DNA of 64,000 nt from Chrysemys picta bellii (taxonomy: Eukaryota), in NCBI RefSeq assembly GCF_011386835.1, contig NC_088807.1:26722001-26786000 (forward strand). The letters are read 5' to 3'. Of the stretch, positions 47,962-62,414 are shown piece after piece (the stretch's first letter is position 1; each line of letters opens with the position of its first letter). A program made the position numbers and the translations under genes. The notes under the pieces were generated by a model. It ran no database searches. It was not told where the DNA came from and saw only the letters and a list, made by a program, of their open reading frames with translations.

Positions 47962-48554
47962 TGTTAGGCCCCAAAAGAAAATTGTAGAGCAGTTATGCCA
48001 ACCTAACCAGAATTAGGCCAACAGAGGTTTCTGGGTAGTCCCCAGGCAGAATCGAAGACATAGTTGTTTAAGCTGAAAAAATGAGATAAGAGGGAAGCTG
48101 CATTCCTGTACCAGATGTGCTACGAACAGTGTGCTCAGAAGATAGATTAGGAGACATACTGTCTCCACTCCCTGTTTCTGTTCTTTGTATGTTCTTGATT
48201 CCCCATCTCCTAGTTCTGGTGCTTGTTAACCGTGCTAATAAGAAAGTTGCTGAGACATGAATTGCTTAAGGCTGCTTGTATAGGGGGATAGGTATACATG
48301 AATACTAAAAGTTTCTCGCTAACAAAGGGGGGTGGGATGCGGGTTGTTTTAACTGAATAATTTATGACGCGATGGAACTGTCTGTCTAACCCTACTAGAT
48401 GTTAGAACGGTGGCTGGTTCTCTCTGGAGACGGGCCGCTCTCTATTGTTGTGTGCACTCCTCAATAAAGAGCTTGTCACTGGACCTTGCTGGTGTTGCCT
48501 GTCTCTCTGCGGTCAGACAACAAACCATGCCATCTGGGTTCTGAGTCCCCAACA
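47962..48554 (+). mobile_element. ERV 3' LTR (593 bp)
   Basis: About 13 substitutions and 2 small indels versus the 5' LTR by manual comparison; AATAAA at 48463-48468. Confidence 0.97.
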
Positions 48555-48690
48555 GTATCGGGGGTAGCCGTGTCAGTCTGTATCCACAAAAACAACGATG
48601 CATCTGAAGAAGTGGGTTTTTATCCACAAAAGCTTATGCCCAAATAAATCTGTTAGTCTTTAAGGTGCCGCCGGACTCCGCGTTGTTCTT
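48555..48690. mobile_element. Penelope-like pLTR fragment with a degenerate hammerhead motif
   Basis: GGGGTAGCCGTGTCAGTCTG...GCATCTGAAGAAGTGGGTTTTTATCCACAAAAGCTTATGC...GTTAGTCTTTAAGGTGCC; same family as 57740-57974. Confidence 0.75.
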
Positions 48691-49108
48691 ATGAAGGGGT
48701 TTAGTTGCTCTGTCGCTGAAAAAAAAACAACCCACCCCCTCTGGCAGGATTTGAACCAGCCTCCCCTGCCCCCCGCCCAGGGGCCAGCCCCCTCCAGCCG
48801 AACACTCCAGGCAGCCAGGCCCAGGAGCTGGGGAGATGGTCCTGTAACCTCCCCTGGCCTTGGGCCTGGGAACGCTGCTAGCCCTGTATTTGCTGCAGTG
48901 AGTTTGTCAGGTCTGAGATGAGAGGTTTCTGTATCTTCTGGGGGGGGAGCCCTGAGCCAAGAAAAGTGTGTGTGTGTGTGTGTGGGGAACCCAGGCATCT
49001 GAGTAAAGGCCTTTGCTGAGTGGAGAGTCCTGCGGGTGGGTTTAGACTCCAGCCCCCCAGTCACGTGTTCCCTGAGGTCCGGGCGCCCGGCAGCGCTGAG
49101 CAGGGAGA

Positions 49109-52100
49109 TCAGAACCAGTCCCCCAGCCCGGCCAGCAGCATGGCCAGGGGCAGCAGTGCTGGGCCGGCCGGCCAGCGCCCCCTCGGGGCGGCGTTCAGTT
49201 CCAGTTGCACTTCCACCGGGTAATGGTCACTGACCTCCAGCGCCTGGGGCAGGGGACAAGGAGGCAGGGGTCAGGGGGTGGAGGGGGTCTGCAGAGTTTG
49301 CTAGAGATCCCCGGCTCTGTCCCGTGCTGCTGGCATTCCCAGGCCGCTGCCCCGCCCTGCCCGCGGTTCCCCTCCAGACGGCTGGCCTGGGAGGGCCGGG
49401 TCACAGACTGAGCCTCATTCACCTGCCAGCCCAGCCTGGGGGCTCATCCCGTCTGCCCCCCCGCACAGCACAGAGACCCCCCTGACCTGCACTGCCAGCA
49501 TGAGGTGAGTGGGCGTCTCTCACGCCAGGCAGGGTCCCTGCACAGACAGGGAGCTGCGGGCATTACCTGGGTCTCCGTGAGCCCGAACGTGCCAGGGAAG
49601 TCAAAGGGCTGGGCTGAGCCGGGCACCACCAGTGCCAGGCAGCGCTCCCCATGCACCACGATCCTGCAGAGGGAGGAGGGAAGGGGGTTACAGCTCCTGG
49701 CCTCTCTAGAGCACCCCCCGCTACCCCGGGTCCCACCTGTCGTAGGCGCAGCGTGTGCTGTTCCGCACAGTGGTGTCGGCAGCGTCTCCGATTAGCCAGC
49801 GGAAGCCGGGCTCGCGCCGCAGCCGGATCTGGCCCCAGCGCTTCTTGGCCACGTAACCGCAGTCGGCGTTAAAGTCCCCCAGGAACATGATGTCCTGGAG
49901 GGAGGGGGGGAGAAAGCATCAAGACACATGGGTTCTATTAGGAGGGGGGTCTAGAAGCCCCAGGACTCCTGGGTTCCATTTTCACAGTATTGTCAGTGCC
50001 CCTGGCCGGCCCCCTCCTCACCTCCGTCCCCCAGCGGGCCTGGACATCCAGGAAGACATCGTAGAGCGCATCGATCTCCGCCTCGGCCTTCTTGGGCACG
50101 GTGTGCTGGGGAACAAGCACCAGGGTGGGGAGGGCTGGGGATACAGAGAAAGAAGAGCAACTACAAGGGAGAAAACCCAGGTGTCCTGGCTCCCAGCCCC
50201 TCCCCCCGGACCCCACTCCCCTCCCAGCAGAACCCAGGTGTCCTGGCTCCCAGCCCCCTGCACCCGGACCCCACTCCCCTCCCAGCAGAACCCAGGTGTC
50301 CTGGCTCCCAGCCCCTCCCCCCGGACCCCACTCCCCTCCCAGCAGAACCCAGGTGTCCTGGCTCCCAGCCCCCTGCACCCGGACCCCACTCCCCTCCCAG
50401 CAGAACCCAGGTGTCCTGGCTCCCAGCCCCCTGCACCCGGACCCCACTCCCCTCCTAGCAGAACCCAGGTGTTCTGGCTCCCAGCCCCTCCCCCTGGACC
50501 CCACTCCCCTCCCAGCAGAACCCAGGTGTCCTGGCTCCCAGCCCCCTGCACCCGGACCCCACTCCCCTCCCAGCAGAACCCAGGTGTCCTGGCTCCCAGC
50601 CCCTCCCCCCGGACCCCACTCCCCTCCCAGCAGAACCCAGGTGTCCTGGCTCCCAGCCCCCTGCACCCGGACCCCACTCCCCTCCCAGCAGAACCCAGGT
50701 GTCCTGGCTCCCAGCCCCTCCCCCTGGACCCCACTCCCCTCCCAGCAGAACCCAGGTGTCCTGGCTCCCAGCCCCCTGCACCCGGACCCCACTCCCCTCC
50801 CAGCAGAACCCAGGTGTTCTGGCTCCCAGCCCCTCCCCCCGGACCCCACTCCCCTCCCAGCAGAACCCAGGTGTTCTGGCTCCCAGCCCCTCCCCCCGGA
50901 CCCCACTCCCCTCCCAGCAGAACCCAGGTGTCCTGGCACACACTCACCTTTGCTGGGCAGGCTGAAGTGCGCGACAAAGGGTTCGCGGGCGAAGGCATCC
51001 GGTCTGGCGGGGTTCTCGTCCAGGTACACATAGGAGTCGAGGAGCTGGGTGCGGCCGGACCTGCAGGTAAGGGGCAGGGTTAGAGCGGGGTGGTGGTGGG
51101 GGGGAGCGTGTGCTGGATCCCTCCACCCCGGTGGGTTGATTTTACTCATTGATTTTTCTATGGCAGACGTTGGCCGCACTGCGGTTCCGAGTCGCCGGGC
51201 GATGGTTCGTGTCCTTTCACATGTGTTTTGGTCACGCTGCCTGTGGTGGAGGCTGGAGTCGGACCTCTCCGATTCAGCCAGCGAACCCAACGCCCTGAAA
51301 CCTGCTTCTCGCAAAGTGACGCGCCCGGCTTTGTTCCGCAGTGGCTGCAGGTCATAGGGGGACCGGAATGGTTCTGCTCCCCTGGCCTGTGCACCCCAGC
51401 CCCCTTAGCCCACAGTCTGAGTCCCAGACCAGCCTTCCGGGCGCCTGCGGAATGGGAACTGAGCTGAACGTGGTGAAACAAGGCAGCGTAGCCCCACTGT
51501 GCCGTGGGCCTGGCCCTGGCGGCCCGTTGAACGACAGCTCACTGGCGCCATGTCTGAACGAAGCGTGTTCGGTCGGTGACAGGCCAGGCTGAGGGCGTCA
51601 CATTGCCCCAGGCTACACTCACCGGTACACGAAGACGTAGCGCTCCTGATAATTCCCAGCTCCCAACAGCGGGCTGCCCAGGGCTGTGTAGGAGTCGGGG
51701 CCTGCAGACCTGGGGGCAGAAGGGGACGGGGTGAGGGGGATCCCAGCGGTCACCCTCCACCCAGCCCCACCTACGCCCCTGCCCCCACATAACCCACCTG
51801 TGCAGGGCGCTGATCAGCGCTGGCACGGCCTGTCCCTTGGCATCCATCACCTCCTGCAGCACTGCGATGTCACAGCGAGAGACAATCTGTGCGGGCCGGG
51901 ATCATTAGCATACATCTGCATATGCAAATCACACACCACCACCTCCTGCCTCTCCTCTGTCCCTACCCCTGGTGGCCTCCCTGTCTCCCCCCCACTGACT
52001 CCCCCACCCCTCCCCCAGCCTCCCCCCTTGCTCCCCGAGCCCCCGTCTCACCTTGACCAGCGTGTCCATGACGGCGACCTTGGCGGCTTTGGGGCCGGCG

Positions 52101-52192
52101 AAGCGCTGCAGGTTGAAGGCGCAGATCCGGAAGGGGGCAGCTGCCGGCCACAGCAGAAGCAGGAGCAGCAGGATGCGGAGGGGCAGCCCCAT
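49109..52192 (-). CDS. DNASE1L1: Deoxyribonuclease-1-like 1 (DNase X), GPI-anchored type (310 aa)
   Basis: Exons (minus strand) 52192-52052, 51886-51798, 51709-51623, 51060-50948, 50134-50022, 49894-49737, 49663-49567, 49243-49109 total 933 nt in frame. Motifs FRICAFN, FAREPF, GDFNADC, EPGFRWLI, CAYDR, SDHYPVEVQL; hydrophobic C-tail ALLPLAMLLAGLGDWF; head-to-head with TAFAZZIN as in human. Confidence 0.92.
50170..50935. repeat. About 62-bp tandem array in a DNASE1L1 intron
   Basis: CAGAACCCAGGTGTCCTGGCTCCCAGCCCC...GGACCCCACTCCCCTCCCAG, about 12 copies; related to the GGGAGCCAGGACTCCTGGGTT repeat dispersed through the window. Confidence 0.92.
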
Positions 52193-52924
52193 GGTGGGGG
52201 GAGCGCCTCAGCCCTGGACAAACCCTGCAAGAGAGGGACAGATGGACGGACACAGCCAGGTGGAGGGTTGTGGGGACAGACAGATGGAACGGGGCGGCGG
52301 TGGGCACTCCCTGGCTGGCATTAAATCTAGATGGGGCTTCCTGGGGGGCTAAATATAGCAAAAAACAAAAGCCACCCCACGGGCTGCATCTGGCTCTGTC
52401 CATCACAACCCCCCCTGTGCCCAAGCGCTGCCCCCATCCCACCCGACAGAGCCCCACACAACCCACTTGCTCCCTGTCACTCCTCTCCAGAGAGCCCCCC
52501 GCCCCAGACAGCTCCCCTCCCACCCCCAGAGACCCCCCCCTAAAATCTCCCCTTTGCCTTCCCCCTGCCCCAGATTGCCCTGCCCCCCGCCCAGGTCAGT
52601 GTGAGCCAAGATTCTCCCCCCACCCCCCGCAGAGCCATGGGCCCATTGGTCAGTCCTGTCTATCCCAACCCCCCCCCCATTCCCTTCCCCCGCAGCTGTC
52701 CGACCCTTCCCCAGCTGATTCCCCCCCCACCCCCCGCAGAGCCATGGGCCCATTGGTCAGTCCTGTCTATCCCAACCCCCCCCCCATTCCCTTCCCCCGC
52801 AGCTGTCCCGACCCTTCCCCAGCTGATTCTCCCCCTCACCAGGTCAGGGACTCCCAGGGCTCTGCAGGGTCATCCCCCCCCACACACACACCGTGGGGGC
52901 AGGACCCGGGGCATGGACAGGAAA

Positions 52925-53400
52925 CGGGGCGGGGAAAAGGAGCCCGGGAGGGGACTGGGACAGGAAGCGGGGGGGGGGACCCAAGGGGGGGGGAAAGGAG
53001 CCCAGGAGGGGACTGGGACAGGAGGGGGGGGGGACCCAGGGTGGGGGAAAGGAGCCCGGGAGGGGACTGGGACAGGAGGGGGGGGACCCAGGGTGGGGGA
53101 AAGGAGCCCGGGAGGGGACTGGGACAGGAGGGGGGGGGACCCAGGGGGGGGGGGAAGGAGCCCAGGAGGGGACTGGGACAGGAGGGGGGGGGACCCAGGG
53201 TGGGGGAAAGGAGCCCGGGATGGGACTGGGACAGGAGGGGGGGGACCCAGGGTGGGGGAAAGGAGCCCGGGAGGGGACTGGGACAGGAGGGGGGGGGGAC
53301 CCGGGGCGGGGAAAAGGAGCCTGGGAGGGGACTGGGACAGGAGGGGGGGGGGACCCGGGGCGGGGAAAAGGAGCCCGGGAGGGGACTGGGACAGGAAGGG
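52925..53400. repeat. Purine-rich minisatellite
   Basis: GGAGCCCGGGAGGGGACTGGGACAGGAGGGGGGG...GGGGAAA units. Confidence 0.9.
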
Positions 53401-54134
53401 GGGGGTCTTTGCAATTTGGTACTACCCCCCAGGCAGCAACCTGAGCGGAGCTCTGCAGAGGAGGGCCAAATACCACCCCCCACCACCCCAGCACAGCGGG
53501 GTCCAGATCTGATCCCCCAACCCAGCCAGGGAGCCCAGCCTCACCCTCCTCTCCCTGCTCCCCACGCTGGTTCCACTGGCTGCTCCACCCATGGGCCCCA
53601 GCTCTCCCCACCCTCCAGGGTTTCACTTCCCCCCCCGCTGAGCTAGGCTGGCCCCGCCCCGCAGGGGAGAGGAGATGTCGGGGTCCCCGTCCCGCTGCAG
53701 ATATCCACAGGACAGGCCTGTAGGGGCTCGCTGGCATACAGCCCCATGCGCTGCCATGCAAACACGGTAACAGCCACAGATGCACCAACACAGGCTAACA
53801 TACAGGCACTCACGTGTACCCGCACATGCACTGACATGCTAAGGGACATGTGTCAAACACGCGCTGACACACGCATGAACACAAGCACATGCCAACATGC
53901 CAGAACATGTGTACATGCAACCACCCCGCATGCACTGCCACGGCTTAATGCACAAACGTGTGTGCCGAACACACCTGCAGTGACATGCATCAGCAGCACA
54001 CACACACACTGACACACACGCACAGATATCGCACAAATGCTTGTGCTAACCTACACGCCTACATGGATGGACACACGAACATGCACCAACACACAAGGAC
54101 ACGCCAGCCCCACCCCCGGGTGTGTGGCCCCCCC

Positions 54135-54881
54135 TGTAGTAAGAGGAGGCCCTGCGATAGAAACCTTGGTATCAGAGGCCTGGTATGAGGCCTAAGGCCT
54201 GAACTAAAGTAATGGTCAAGACTTCGCTAACATAAAGCAAAGTTAAGCTGTGAGCCAGAGGCAGGCCCTGCTCACAGAAGCTGGCAAGGAAAGGGCTGAT
54301 GCTGCAAAAAGAGACATACCTAAAAAGTACTGAACACCAGATATCAGAACACACACTATCCCGGAACATTCCACAGATAACATGGAACAGGCCGACCCAT
54401 CCCAATGACGGGGGCAAAAGGGTAAAATGATGGATAGAGTTGTTTTGATCGAACCAACATGTACAAGGTGCGAGGCGGCACCTTACTACGTGAAGGGGTT
54501 GCACCTCAATACGTCAGGAGTGATGTGTAACTTGTTTGTACCCCTGTATAAAAATGTATCCCTGGGGTGGTGTCTTTGTCCGGCCACGGGGGCAGTGGAA
54601 AGTCCCGCCACTGAGCCGGGTCCTTGCCAAGAGACATCTATTAGTAGCATGCCCGGTAGACTAAGTAATCTACGGGGAACTGCAATTGTGTCCGAGGCCG
54701 CAATAAATCTGGCCGAGGTGCCTTTGTCGCTTACTAGACTCTGTGGTCATTGGGGGTTCTCGTCGGGTTTGCGGGGTCAGCGATCTGCAGAGCTGGGGCC
54801 GCACACAGAGGGAACACGCACGCAGCCGAGTGATATCAACAGGAGAAAGCAGAAGCACCACACCGGTAGCCTCTCACAACA
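54135..54881 (+). mobile_element. Solo LTR between DNASE1L1 and TAFAZZIN
   Basis: TGT...ACA ends with poly-C on both flanks (TSD at least CCCC); TATAAAA at 54547-54553; AATAAA at 54702-54707. Confidence 0.75.
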
Positions 54882-54976
54882 CCCCCCAACAGGGCCTGGC
54901 AGGAGAACACGGGCTAACACGCACCCACACGCAGGGGACGTGTCGCCGTGCGGTCCCGGGGTACAGCGTATGGGGG

Positions 54977-55520
54977 TGACGTCACCACGCGAGGTCACCA
55001 CCCCGCCTGACCCTGGCGTTGCTACGGCATCGCGTGTGGCCAAGACCTCGCCGGATTCGCTGTGATGTCACAGCGCCCAACTGTGACATCACCAGATCTG
55101 TCACGATGGCGTTGTGGGAGGCCGTGATGTCACCGCAGAATGTGGTGATGTCACTACGTCTGATTATGACATCATCAGATCTGGCCTGATGTCATGCTGC
55201 CGCCCCTGGGGGGCGCTCCTGCCAGCACGTCCTGCTTCTCTATGCTGCCTCCTGCCCCGGGCCGCTCTAGCCGCCCGGCTCGGCTCGGCTCGTCTGCCCT
55301 GGGGGGAGGGGCCGGTCGCGCCGCCGCTCTCTGTGGTCGCGAACCCGGAAGTTGGGCGCTCTACCCATCGCATCCCGTATGCTCCGAGTCCTCCAAGCCT
55401 CTTCGCGGCGCTGTGCGACACCTGCATTTGCGGCCGGGCCGGGCGCGCTTTACGGCCGGAGGGGCCGCCCGTGGGCCGGCGGCGTTCGCGACAGTGGGGA
55501 GAAGGCGGGGGCGCTTTACA
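54977..55520. promoter_or_regulatory. TAFAZZIN/DNASE1L1 divergent CpG-island promoter region
   Basis: CpG-dense; CRE TGACGTCA at 54977 plus six TGATGTCA/TGACATCA copies; ETS-type CCGGAAGT near 55345. Confidence 0.6.
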
Positions 55521-55559
55521 GCCGCGGGGGAGGTGGGGGTGGGGTTGGGGATGGGTAGG

Positions 55560-56065
55560 AGGAGGGGAGGCAATGGGGGGAGGGGATGGAAGGGGCTGGC
55601 GGGTTGGAGAGGCGGGGCGATGTGGTGGAAGGGGGCGGGGGGGAAGGGGGCGATGTGGTGGGGGGAGGGGCGATGTGGTGGAAGGGGCGGGGCGATGTGG
55701 TGGGAGAGGGGCGATGGGGATGGGTGGGAGGGGAGGGGCGATGTGGTGGAAGGGGGCGGGGCGATGGGGGGAGGGGCGATAGGGGAGGGGCGATGTGGTG
55801 GGGGAGGGGCGATGGGGATAGGTGGGAGGGGAGGGGCGATGTGGTGGAAGGGGGCGGGGCGATGGGGAGGGGCGGGGCGATGTGGTGGAAGGGGGCGGGG
55901 CGATGGGGATGGGTAGGAGGAAGGGGCAATGGCAGGAGGGGAGGGGCGATGTGGTGGAAGGGGGCGGGGCGATGGGGGAGGGGAGGGGCGATGTGGTGGA
56001 AGGGGGCGGGGCGATGGGGGAGGGGGGGGCGATGGGGATGGGTGGGAGGGGGCGATGTGGTGGGG
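55560..56065. repeat. G-rich short-unit repeat between the CpG island and the TAFAZZIN ATG
   Basis: GAGGGGCGATGTGGTGGAAGGGGGCGGGGCGATG units, bracketed by duplicated CTTTACAGCCGCGGGGG (near 55514 and 56074). Confidence 0.85.
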
Positions 56066-56232
56066 GGCGGGGCACTTTACAGCCGCGGGGGCCGGTGGGG
56101 AGGCAGACCCTCCAGGGGCAGGCGGCAGCCCGAGGAGGGAGCCGGGCGGGGGCACAAGGGGGCGAGGGGTGATGTGAGAGGGGTGGGGCGATGGGCTTGT
56201 GACCCCAGCGTGTCCCCGCAGGGGGCGGGACG

Positions 56233-59781
<3,549 letters not shown>

Positions 59782-60548
59782 CCCGGGGCGGGTGTGGCTG
59801 GCCTCCCTGCCCCACAGCTCCACCCCACTCACCGGCCTCCCTGCCCCACAGCTGTGCTCCACATGCACGCCGGACCCTCCCCTCTTCCCCACATGCTGGC
59901 AGGCTGGCACCTCCTTGCCCGACACATCTTGCCCCACACGCCAGCCGGCTGGCCCATTTCCCCCCCCCCCGTCCCACTCACCGGCAGGCCGGTCCCTCCC
60001 AATCTGACACCTCTGCCCCACATGCTGGCTCCTCTCCTCTGCCTCACATGCCAGCCAGCTGGCCCATTCCCTGGCCCACTCGCTGGCTGACTGGCCCATC
60101 CCCGCCCCCCGTGATAGGAGATTGTCCCATTGCTGGGGCTGCCCCTCACCTGCTATGGGGCAGGGTCTGGCTGAGCAGCCCACATGTAGGGACCTCCTGG
60201 AAGCCATTGGAGCCTCCTGTCCCCCTGGACTCTTCCTGTGGCCCCCCTGGACCGTACTGGTGAAAGCTTTACAAAGGGGGGGCAGCCCCTGAGGGGCTGC
60301 TGGCCACACCCCATCCAAGCTGTGGGGGGCCCGCTGGGTCAGGCTGGATTGGAAGGGGTGTTTCCTCCTGGGGGGGGAATACCCCCCCCCCAACATGCAG
60401 GGGGGTCAAAGTGGGCTGCTGGCTCAACTCCCCTAAATCATGCAGAAAGACAATGACTTGCATGAGTCAGGATGGGGGCCCCACCAGCATCTCCCTGCGG
60501 TCCCTGGCACCCAGCCCTCCCCCCCATTTTTTTACACTGGACTTTTTC

Positions 60549-60554
60549 AATAAA
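60549..60554 (+). terminator. TAFAZZIN polyadenylation signal
   Basis: AATAAA about 770 nt after the stop codon, in a U-rich context. Confidence 0.75.
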
Positions 60555-61178
60555 GGATTTTAACCCTGATGTCGGAGTGGAGACTGTCCCAGGGCTGGGG
60601 GGTGGCAGAGGGGGCTGCGGTAATGGGGGCTGAGGGTGGGGGAGCTTGGTGTCTGGCTTAAGGGGGGAGGGATCTGGGCCAGGACAGGGGCTTGCCCTCC
60701 TGCCCCTTCCCTCAGCCAGCGCCCAGGCTGGAGGCAAGACCTGGCTCTGGTGGGCACCGGCTTAGCCAGCTGGTCCAGCAGCCGTGGTGGCAGCCGCCCC
60801 GGCGCTTGGCAGGCCTGCTTCAGCCGAGGCAGGGACGGGGCGCTGGTGGTGGGGGGCCGTGGGGGCGGGAGGAGAAGCCGGCAGAGCTGGTGGGCACCGT
60901 GCTGGCCGGAACGTGGCTGGGGGACTGCGAGCTGGCTCCGGCCCCCCTGTGTTTGTAGCACCCCGTGGCTGTGACTCGGTTTCCCCACCCGCCGGGTGTG
61001 CAGGGGTTCAAGTCTCCCTGCGATGGGTGGTTGGGGCCTGACCCCCAGGTAACCCTGGGGGCTGAGCTGCTGGGTCCTTCCGCTGTGGGGCCCTGGGGGG
61101 AGCAGCCCCCCAACATCCCCTCTCCTGGGGGGCAGCCCCCCAACATCCCCTCTCCTGGGGGCGTAACGGGGCGCTGCT

Positions 61179-61308
61179 ATTGGCTGGCTCTCCGCTTCCC
61201 CGCGCTGTGATTGGTCGCCGTTGGCGCGGCCCGCGCTGTGATTGGCGGGGTGGGGCGGCCATTGCTGTGATAGGCGCAGCGGGGCAGGGCAGCCCGCGCT
61301 GTGATTGG
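61179..61308 (+). promoter_or_regulatory. ATP6AP1 promoter with repeated inverted CCAAT boxes
   Basis: ATTGG at 61179, 61210, 61241 and 61304 within a CpG island, just upstream of the ATG at 61385. Confidence 0.65.
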
Positions 61309-61384
61309 CAGGAGGGGTCAAGGGGCGGGGCGGCGGCAGTGGCCAAGGCCCGGTGGCGGACGCGGGTGGGGGACAGTGCCCAAG

Positions 61385-62016
61385 ATGGCGGCGGCGCAGC
61401 TGGTGCTCGCGGGGCTGGTGCTGGGGGCGGCGCGCGCCGAGCGGGTCCCGCTGCTGGGCTGGTCCGGCCACAGGTGGGGGCGGGGGCCGGGCGGGGGCAG
61501 TGACGGGGGGGGGTCTCTGTTGGGGGGCGGGGGCTGGGGCGGGGGGGGGGTCATTGCTTGGGGGGGCGGGGGCAGTGAGGGGGGGGGGTCTCTGCCTGGG
61601 GGCGGGGGCAGTGACGGGGGGGGGTCTCTGCTGGGGGGCGGGGCTGGGCGGGGGGGGGTCATTGCTTGGGGGGGCGGGGCTAGGCGGGGGCAGTGAGGGG
61701 GGGGGGGGTCTCTGCCTGGGGGGCGGGGGCAGTGACGGGGGGGGGGTCTCTGCTGGGGGGGCGGGGCTGGGCGGGGGGGGTCATTGCTTGGGGGGGCGGG
61801 GCTAGGCGGGGGGCAGTGAGGGGGGGGGGGTCTCTGCCTGGGGGGCGGGGCGGCGCTGTCAACCTCTGACCCTCCTGTGCCCCCCCCAGCTCCCTCTGGC
61901 CCCCCCTGGCCGACAGCTACGAGGGACACGTGGTCGGCGCGGCCCAGCTGAGCGCGCTCCTCACCCCTGCGCTGGAGCGGGGCCCCCGCAACGTCCTGCT
62001 CTTCCTGCAGGAGCGG
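61385..62016 (+). CDS. ATP6AP1: V-type proton ATPase subunit S1 (Ac45), exons 1-2 only
   Basis: Exons 61385-61473 and 61890-62016: signal peptide, then ERVPLLGWS...[14 protein letters not shown]...[17 protein letters not shown], matching human EQQVPLVLWS...[14 protein letters not shown]; expected position downstream of TAZ. The remainder is not seen before the gap. Confidence 0.92.
61500..61850. repeat. G-rich minisatellite in ATP6AP1 intron 1
   Basis: GGGGGCAGTGA(C/G)GGGGGGGTCTCTG...GGGGGGTCATTGCTTG units. Confidence 0.85.
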
Positions 62017-62414
62017 GTGAGACCCTAGCGCAGCCGGGGCCCCCCCCCCCGGCCCCCCCATGCCTCTTCCTCCCCAGGTCCTGTCCTCCCAGCCCCCCCG
62101 CCTCTTCCCTCCCCAGTCCTGTCCCCCCGTCTCTTCCCCCGCCCGGCCTCTGGGTCCCCTTGGCCCCCCCATGTCTCTTCTCCCCCCGTCCCCCTGTCTC
62201 TTCCCCCCAAGCTGGGTCCCCCCGGCCCCTGGGCACCCCTTCCTCTTCCCCCCCCCCACTGGCCTCTGGGCTCCCCAGCACAGCCTCCCCCATGTCTTCT
62301 CTGCCCGGCCTCTGGGCCCCCTAGTACAGCCAGCCGCCCCCCCGTGTCCTTGGAGAGGCCCTGCCTGGCCTCTGCCCTCCCCCCCCCCCCCCACATACAG
62401 CTGCCCCCCATGCC

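Larger units (their letters stand above)
41988..48554 (+). mobile_element. Class I (gamma-like) endogenous retrovirus, internally deleted provirus, 6.57 kb
   Basis: Paired LTRs, 4-bp TSD GTAT (41984-41987, 48555-48558), PBS, gag-pro-RT-(deletion)-IN C-terminus-env, and a polypurine tract. Confidence 0.97.

Noticed and set aside
50170-50935. Regular repeat array superficially resembling a CRISPR array
   Set aside because: Eukaryotic intron; the units are contiguous near-identical copies with no unique spacers, and there are no cas genes.
49887-53791. 300-460 aa repetitive ORFs overlapping DNASE1L1 introns and upstream region
   Set aside because: They arise from tandem repeats lacking stop codons; the same applies to ORFs at 26172-28679, 34851-36062 and 55164-56321.
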